Positions 40,165-44,889 of a DNA stretch of 44,889 bases are shown piece after piece (position 1 is the stretch's first letter; each line of letters opens with the position of its first letter). The DNA comes from an uncultured Syntrophaceae bacterium. Its GTDB lineage: Bacteria; Desulfobacterota; Syntrophia; Syntrophales; UBA2192. Location of the stretch: contig CAYZKT010000003.1 in NCBI GenBank assembly GCA_964478885.1, positions 1-44,889 on the forward strand, written 5' to 3'. The position numbers were made by a program, and so were the translations under genes. The notes under the pieces are model-generated. The model was not told the origin of the DNA. It did not search any database and worked only from the letters and a program-made list of their open reading frames with translations.

Positions 40165-42140
40165 CATCCCTCCTCTTCCTCCCGATCGATGGCGTCGATC
40201 CGCCCCTGCAGATCTGTCCAGCGCAGATAGAGGCCGTCGAGCGCCGGTGCGATCTCCCGGTACTCGACACCGATCCCCTTCGCCCGGTTGCCGTCCCCGT
40301 AGGTCGCGGGGTCGGCCAGGAGGGCTTCCAGCTCGGCCTTTCGCTTTTCCTTGCGGTCGATTGCCTCAAGCAGCGCCTCCAAGTCTTCCCTCAGCGGCTT
40401 CACCCTGCGGTAGCGCTCCTGCCTGCGCTCGGCTTCATCCCGCTTGCGCTCGCGCTCCTGCTGCAGGCGGCTTTTGCCGTTCGGGTCCGCATCCCCCCGG
40501 GTCTCGCCGCCCGGCCCCTGCCCTTCGCGCTCGTGCCAGATCCGCAGGTAGTCGTCGACGGAGCCCGGGTAGAGGACCAACCCCCCGTCGCGCGCCACGA
40601 GCACCTTCGTGACGAGGCCCGCGAGGAAATCCCGGTCGTGCGAGACGATCGCGAAGCTCCCGTCGAAGGCCCGCAGGGCCTCCTTCAGGACCTCCTTGGA
40701 GCGCATGTCGAGGTGGTTGGTCGGCTCGTCGAGGATCAGGAAGTTGGCCGGCACGAGGAGCATCCTCGCCAGCGCAAGCCGGCTCTTCTCGCCGCCCGAG
40801 AGCACGGAGACACGCTTGAAGACGTCGTCGTCGGAAAAGAGGAAATGACCCAGGAGGGTCCGGAGGTTCCCCCCGGCCCCGAAGGGCGCCACCTCCTCGA
40901 TGGACTCCAAGACGGTCTTGGCCGGGTCGAGCGCGTCGGCCTGGTTCTGGGCGTAGTAGGAAACGGCGACCTGGTGCCCCTCGACGCGGCGGCCGGCCTG
41001 GAAGGATTCGATGCCCGCCAGCATCCGGGCCAGCGTGGACTTGCCGGCGCCGTTGACGCCGAGCACTGCGATACGGTCCCCCCGTTCGACGGTGAGCGAC
41101 ACCCCCTCGAAGACGGCGACATCCCCGTATCGCTTGTCGACGTCGTCGAGCTGAAGCACGATCCTGCCCGGCCGGGGCGGCGGGGGGAACCGGAAGGCGA
41201 TCTCCTGCTCGTCGGTCTCGAGTTCGATGAGGTCGATCTTCTCGAGCTGCTTGACGCGGCTCTGAACCTGCCGGGCCTTCGTGCTCTTGGCGCGGAAGCG
41301 CTCGACGAAGCGCTCCGTCTCGCGGATCCTCTTCTGCTGGTTCTCGAAGGCCGCCTCGAGAAGGGTTCGGCGCGCCTCCTTCTCGCGCAGGTAACCCGAG
41401 TAATCGCAGGCGTACTCCGTCGCCCGGCCCCGGGAAATCTCGACGGTGCGCCCCACGAGATTGTCCAGGAACCGCCGGTCGTGGGACACGAGCAGAAGCG
41501 CCCCCGCGTAGGCCTTGAGGTAGCTCTCGAGCCACTCAAGGGATTCGATGTCGAGGTGGTTCGTGGGCTCGTCGAGAAGCAGCACCGAGGGCTCGCGCAG
41601 CAGAAGCCTCGCCAGCTCGATCCGCATCTGCCAGCCGCTGCTGAACTCGCCCGAGGGACGCTCGAGGTCCCGCTCCCGGAACCCCAGCCCGAAGAGGATC
41701 TCCTTGGCCCTGGCCTCGATGCGCCACCCCTCGCAGTCCTCGATGCGATGCTGGACCCGCCCCATCTCGGCGAGAAGGCCTTCGATCTCCGGGCCCGTCT
41801 CCCCGGCGGCGGTTCTCGACCGGATCTCCGCGGATATTTCGTCGAACCGCAGATGGAGCCGCTGGACGTCCTCGAAGGCCCTCAGGGTCTCCTCCAGGAG
41901 CGACCGGCCCGAGTGCCCGACGAGTTCCTGGGACAGGTAGCCGACCGTGGTGAACCGCGACCGGTGGAGAATGCCCGCGTCGGCCTCCACCTCCCCCGTG
42001 ATGATCTTCATCAGCGTCGACTTGCCCGTCCCGTTGGAGCCGACGACGGCGATCCGGTCGCGCTCGCCGATGAACAGGGAGAGCCCTTCGAAGAGCACTT
42101 TGGGGCCGTACTGTTTGGAGATGTTGTTTAATGAAAGCAT
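40164..42140 (-). CDS. ABC-F family ATPase (Uup/YheS-like, two ABC domains, C-terminal coiled coil)
   Basis: 658 aa with two Walker A sites (GSNGTGKST, GVNGAGKST), two LSGG signature motifs, no TM domain and a charged C-terminal tail. Confidence 0.85.
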   Translation of the reverse strand: MLSLNNISKQYGPKVLFEGLSLFIGERDRIAVVGSNGTGKSTLMKIITGEVEADAGILHRSRFTTVGYLSQELVGHSGRSLLEETLRAFEDVQRLHLRFDEISAEIRSRTAAGETGPEIEGLLAEMGRVQHRIEDCEGWRIEARAKEILFGLGFRERDLERPSGEFSSGWQMRIELARLLLREPSVLLLDEPTNHLDIESLEWLESYLKAYAGALLLVSHDRRFLDNLVGRTVEISRGRATEYACDYSGYLREKEARRTLLEAAFENQQKRIRETERFVERFRAKSTKARQVQSRVKQLEKIDLIELETDEQEIAFRFPPPPRPGRIVLQLDDVDKRYGDVAVFEGVSLTVERGDRIAVLGVNGAGKSTLARMLAGIESFQAGRRVEGHQVAVSYYAQNQADALDPAKTVLESIEEVAPFGAGGNLRTLLGHFLFSDDDVFKRVSVLSGGEKSRLALARMLLVPANFLILDEPTNHLDMRSKEVLKEALRAFDGSFAIVSHDRDFLAGLVTKVLVARDGGLVLYPGSVDDYLRIWHEREGQGPGGETRGDADPNGKSRLQQERERKRDEAERRQERYRRVKPLREDLEALLEAIDRKEKRKAELEALLADPATYGDGNRAKGIGVEYREIAPALDGLYLRWTDLQGRIDAIDREEEEG

Positions 42141-42159
42141 GGCTAATGGCAGAGGACTT

Positions 42160-42242
42160 AGGACAAACGGCGAAGGGCCAAGAAAAAGGGGGTGCCCTTT
42201 CCTCTTTCAAGCCTCATGCCTTTTGCCTTTCGCCTTTCGCCC
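42160..42242. repeat. intergenic purine-arm/pyrimidine-arm hairpin (ABC-F / cNMP gap)
   Basis: The 5' arm is ACGGCGAAGGGCCAAGAAAAAGGGGG. The 3' arm is CCCTTTCCTCTTTCAAGCCTCATGCCTTTTGCCTTTCGCCTTTCGCCC, which includes CCTTTCGCx2. Confidence 0.5.
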
Positions 42243-42311
42243 TGATTGCAAACGAAAGGCGAGAACAACCGTCCTCGCCTTGTAATCCAAATCGATTTCG
42301 TTTGCAATCAG
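42242..42311. repeat. nested perfect inverted repeats immediately 3' of the cNMP-binding gene
   Basis: The outer stem is 16-bp perfect: CTGATTGCAAACGAAA (42242-42257) with TTTCGTTTGCAATCAG (42296-42311). The inner stem is 6-bp: GGCGAG / CTCGCC. Confidence 0.8.
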
Positions 42312-42313
42312 AC

Positions 42314-42811
42314 TCAGGCGTATTCCGTGTTGCCCGTCAGGGTCGCCAGGGCCCTCTCGCCGATGAGCAGCACCCGCGTGTGGTTGAGCCGCTGGGCAAG
42401 AAGCCGCGTGAGCCCCTTCATGATCTCGAACCCCATCCCGCAATCTTCCTCCATGAGGGCTTTCAGCCTGCCGCCGTCGAAGACGATCATTTTGGTCGGC
42501 TCGGCGATCAGCGCGCTCAGCGTGTGGAGGTTGGGCTCGACGAAGGCGGACCAGCCGAAGGCCTCCCGGCGGGTCACGACGTCGATGATGACCTGCATCG
42601 GGGGCCGGGTGGGCCCCATGTCGCTCTTCATTTCCAGAAAGACTTTTCCCTGCTCGACCAGGTAGAGGTGGGTCGACGGGTCGCCTTCCTTGTAGAGAAG
42701 GGTCCCGGTCGGAAAGGATTCGTCCTTTGCAATCGCAACGAGCCTGTCGATCTGCGCGTCGCTCAATCCCTGGAACACATTGCACTCTCTCAAAAACGCT
42801 GCCGATGCCAT
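42314..42811 (-). CDS. cyclic nucleotide-binding domain protein
   Basis: 165 aa with FLRECNVFQGLSDAQIDRLVAIAKDESFPTGTLLYKEGDPSTHLYLVEQGKV. It is a stand-alone cNMP-binding beta-barrel with no HTH. Confidence 0.75.
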   Translation of the reverse strand: MASAAFLRECNVFQGLSDAQIDRLVAIAKDESFPTGTLLYKEGDPSTHLYLVEQGKVFLEMKSDMGPTRPPMQVIIDVVTRREAFGWSAFVEPNLHTLSALIAEPTKMIVFDGGRLKALMEEDCGMGFEIMKGLTRLLAQRLNHTRVLLIGERALATLTGNTEYA

Positions 42812-42934
42812 GGGACCTCACCTCCTTGATAGAATGAGCGGATGAACAGGAATCATCGTGAAGACGGCTGTTGCCGTTTCTATATCAGCCTTTGCGTTTC
42901 AATTCTATCGGAAAATTCCGGGCGCGCCGCGCAC

Positions 42935-42962
42935 AAAAAAAGCGGCACCGCGCGGGCGCCGC
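42935..42962 (-). terminator. intrinsic terminator after the csp gene
   Basis: On the minus strand there is a GCGGC...GCCGC GC-rich hairpin followed by T7 (an A7 run at 42935-41 on the plus strand). Confidence 0.65.
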
Positions 42963-42984
42963 TTCTCCCAGGGTCTTCTCGCGT

Positions 42985-43185
42985 TCAGATTGTTTCCACG
43001 TTCTTTGCCTTCGGGCCCCTGTCGGTCGTCTCGACCTCGAACTGGACCCGCTGCCCCTCCTGCAAGCTCTTGAACCCGGCTGCCTTGATGGCCGTATAAT
43101 GGACGAAGAGATCGCCGCCCCCGTCCTGCTGAATGAAGCCGAATCCTTTCTTCTCGTTGAACCACTTGACGATTCCCTGCGCCAT
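42985..43185 (-). CDS. cspA: cold-shock protein (CspA family)
   Basis: 66 aa ([33 protein letters not shown]...) with RNP1 and RNP2 motifs. GGAGGGA lies upstream of the ATG at 43185. Confidence 0.9.
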   Translation of the reverse strand: MAQGIVKWFNEKKGFGFIQQDGGGDLFVHYTAIKAAGFKSLQEGQRVQFEVETTDRGPKAKNVETI

Positions 43186-43321
43186 CGTGTTCCCTCCTGT
43201 GAAAAATTCTCGATGGCCGGGAGCAGACACTCTGACAGAAAAACCGGGAACCGTCCGACAGACCCTGGATCAGCGGCCCCTGGCCCCTCCAGAATGGTCC
43301 CCCCCTTAGACCACAGGGCGA

Positions 43322-43351
43322 ACCATAGCGCCACCCCGCAACGGCTGTCAA
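43322..43351 (-). promoter_or_regulatory. possible sigma70 promoter of csp (TTGACA-18 nt-TATGGT) giving a ~130-nt leader
   Basis: Read on the minus strand, the -35 is at 43346-43351 and the -10 at 43322-43327. Long 5' UTRs are typical of csp genes. Confidence 0.3.
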
Positions 43352-43432
43352 GGACATTTTGAGACGCGGCCGGGCGTCCGGAAGCCTGCCGCCGTTGCAG
43401 GGTCCCCGTGTTTGTGCCATACTCCGCCCATC

Positions 43433-44431
43433 ATGGTTTCCCTGCGGATGACAGAACAGGGCCTTGCCTGCGAGGCCGGGCGCTTTCACATCGACCCCCG
43501 GGGCGCCGTCGAGCGAGCCGTCATCACGCACGCGCACGCCGACCACACCGCCCGCGGGTGCGGGGAGTATCTGGCCTCGAGGAAGGGGGCCCACGTCCTG
43601 CGGACACGGCTGGGGAACGATGCCCGGATCCGGCTCGTGGAATACGGGGAGCCCGTCGACCTCGACGGGGTCCGCCTCTCGCTGCATCCGGCGGGGCACA
43701 TCCTGGGGTCGGCCCAGGTCCGGATCGAGCACCGGGGGCACGTCGCCGTGTTCAGCGGCGACTACAAGCTCCAGCCCGACTCCACCTGCGCCCCCTTCGA
43801 GCCCCTTCGCTGTCACTGTTTCATCACGGAGTCCACCTTCGGCCTTCCCGTCTACCGCTGGGACGAACCGTCGCGGGTGTTCGCCGACATCCGCGCCTGG
43901 TGGCGGTCCAACCAGGAGGCGGGCCGCGCCAGCGTGATCTTTGCCTACGCTCTCGGGAAGGCCCAACGGATCCTCATGAGCCTCGACCCCGAGCAGGGCC
44001 CCATCCTCACCCATGCCGCCGTGGAGGAGATGAACCGCCGCTACCGGATGAGCGGGGTGGGGCTGCCGAAAACGATTCCCGTGGAAGCGGCCGGAAAGAA
44101 AGCCGACTTCAACCGGGCGATCGTCCTCGCGCCGCCCTCGGCGCGTCACACGACCTGGATGAGATCCCTGGGCGCCTGCTCCACCGCGCTGGCCTCGGGC
44201 TGGATGCGACTGCGCGGGGCGAAACGGCGCCGCTGCGTCGACCGGGGGTTTGTGCTCTCCGACCACGCGGACTGGCCCGGCCTGATGGAGGCCGTCGCCG
44301 CCACGGGCGCCGGCGAGGTCGTCGTCACCCACGGCTACGTCGGCTCCGTCGTCCGCATGCTCCGGGAGAAGGGCCTCGACGCGCAGCCGCTCGAGGCCGG
44401 GTTCGCCGCCGACGAAACGACGGAAGATTAG
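43433..44431 (+). CDS. ligase-associated DNA damage response exonuclease (MBL-fold / beta-CASP)
   Basis: It has GLACEAGRFHIDPRGAVERAVITHAHADH (HxHxDH). It is followed by the ATP-dependent ligase gene. The start is uncertain (TTG 43412, ATG 43433 or ATG 43448). Confidence 0.7.
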   Translation: MVSLRMTEQGLACEAGRFHIDPRGAVERAVITHAHADHTARGCGEYLASRKGAHVLRTRLGNDARIRLVEYGEPVDLDGVRLSLHPAGHILGSAQVRIEHRGHVAVFSGDYKLQPDSTCAPFEPLRCHCFITESTFGLPVYRWDEPSRVFADIRAWWRSNQEAGRASVIFAYALGKAQRILMSLDPEQGPILTHAAVEEMNRRYRMSGVGLPKTIPVEAAGKKADFNRAIVLAPPSARHTTWMRSLGACSTALASGWMRLRGAKRRRCVDRGFVLSDHADWPGLMEAVAATGAGEVVVTHGYVGSVVRMLREKGLDAQPLEAGFAADETTED

Positions 44432-44536
44432 GGAAGAATGGAATACTGGAATATTGGAGTAATGGAATAATGGGTAAAAGAAATAAATCCCATTCCGTGC
44501 CCTCTCATTCCATCATTTCAATACTCCATTACTCCA
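44431..44536. repeat. intergenic tandem-repeat-armed hairpin (8-nt period GGAATAnT)
   Basis: The 5' arm is GGAATACT GGAATATT GGAGTAAT GGAATAAT GGG. The 3' arm is CCCATTCC...CATTCCATCATTTCAATACTCCATTACTCC. It is AT-rich relative to its flanks. Confidence 0.65.
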
Positions 44537-44543
44537 TGTTGTT

Positions 44544-44889
44544 ATGAAACACTTCACCCATCTGTGCTTCGAACTTGACGAGACGACGAAGGCCTCACGA
44601 AAGGTCGAGGCGCTGCAGCGCTACTTTGCGGACGCTCCGCCGGGCGATGCCGCCTGGGCGCTGCACCTCCTCTGCGGCGAGAAGACGGGACGCGCCGTCG
44701 CACCGGCCGCACTGAGACAGTGGGCCTGCTCGGCGGCAGGCATCCCGGAGTGGCTCTTCGAGGAATGCCGGGAGGCGGTGGGCGATTCGGCCGAGACGAT
44801 CGCCCTCGTCGTTCCGGGGGCGGGCGGCCCGAGTCCGCGGGGCCTCCGGGAACTCGTGGAGGAGAGGCTCCTGCCCATGCAGGATGCCG
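44544..44889 (+). CDS. ATP-dependent DNA ligase, ligase-associated damage-response type (5' part only)
   Basis: My translation from the ATG at 44544 gives MKHFTHLCFELDETTKASRKVEALQRYFADAPPGDAAWALHLLCGEKTGR...IPEWLFEECREAVGDSAETIALVV. This N-terminal pattern is typical of this ligase family. It runs off the window. Confidence 0.65.
   Translation, partial: MKHFTHLCFELDETTKASRKVEALQRYFADAPPGDAAWALHLLCGEKTGRAVAPAALRQWACSAAGIPEWLFEECREAVGDSAETIALVVPGAGGPSPRGLRELVEERLLPMQDA

Overview
This is a 44.9-kb high-GC bacterial chromosomal window. Its gene content includes a PaaK-type ligase, FixCX-Acd-EtfBA, cytochrome bd, a Cam-type carbonic anhydrase and a UGA-encoded HesB-like selenoprotein. That suggests an anaerobic, possibly syntrophic Deltaproteobacteria-like organism, but this is inference only. 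I call about 45 coding genes; no rRNA, tRNA or CRISPR array was recognised. The centrepiece is a ~13.3-kb, single-strand, translationally coupled operon on the minus strand (5858-19121) that looks like a RiPP/mini-protein maturation system. In transcription order it encodes a PqqD-like chaperone, a radical SAM/SPASM enzyme, a large polytopic membrane protein and a second radical SAM/SPASM enzyme. These are followed by three tandem modules, each a 116-136 aa Cys/Gly-rich peptide with a shared RYEpPlLvDM leader plus its own HPr-kinase-like P-loop protein. The operon ends with an S24/S26-type peptidase, a fused ABC exporter, a GT2 glycosyltransferase and an NTP_transf_5-type nucleotidyltransferase. 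Other notable items: (1) a HesB-like gene that is only complete if an in-frame TGA (39890-39892) is read as selenocysteine; (2) a low-GC REP-associated tyrosine transposase flanked by inverted copies of a 20-nt palindrome; (3) a family of intergenic imperfect hairpins whose arms are 7-9 nt tandem repeats, always with the G-rich arm 5' and the C-rich arm 3'; (4) a promoter-to-terminator unit that may be a ~260-nt sRNA. Many long ORFs in the supplied track are antisense or off-frame shadows of real genes, as expected for GC-rich DNA, and are not reported.
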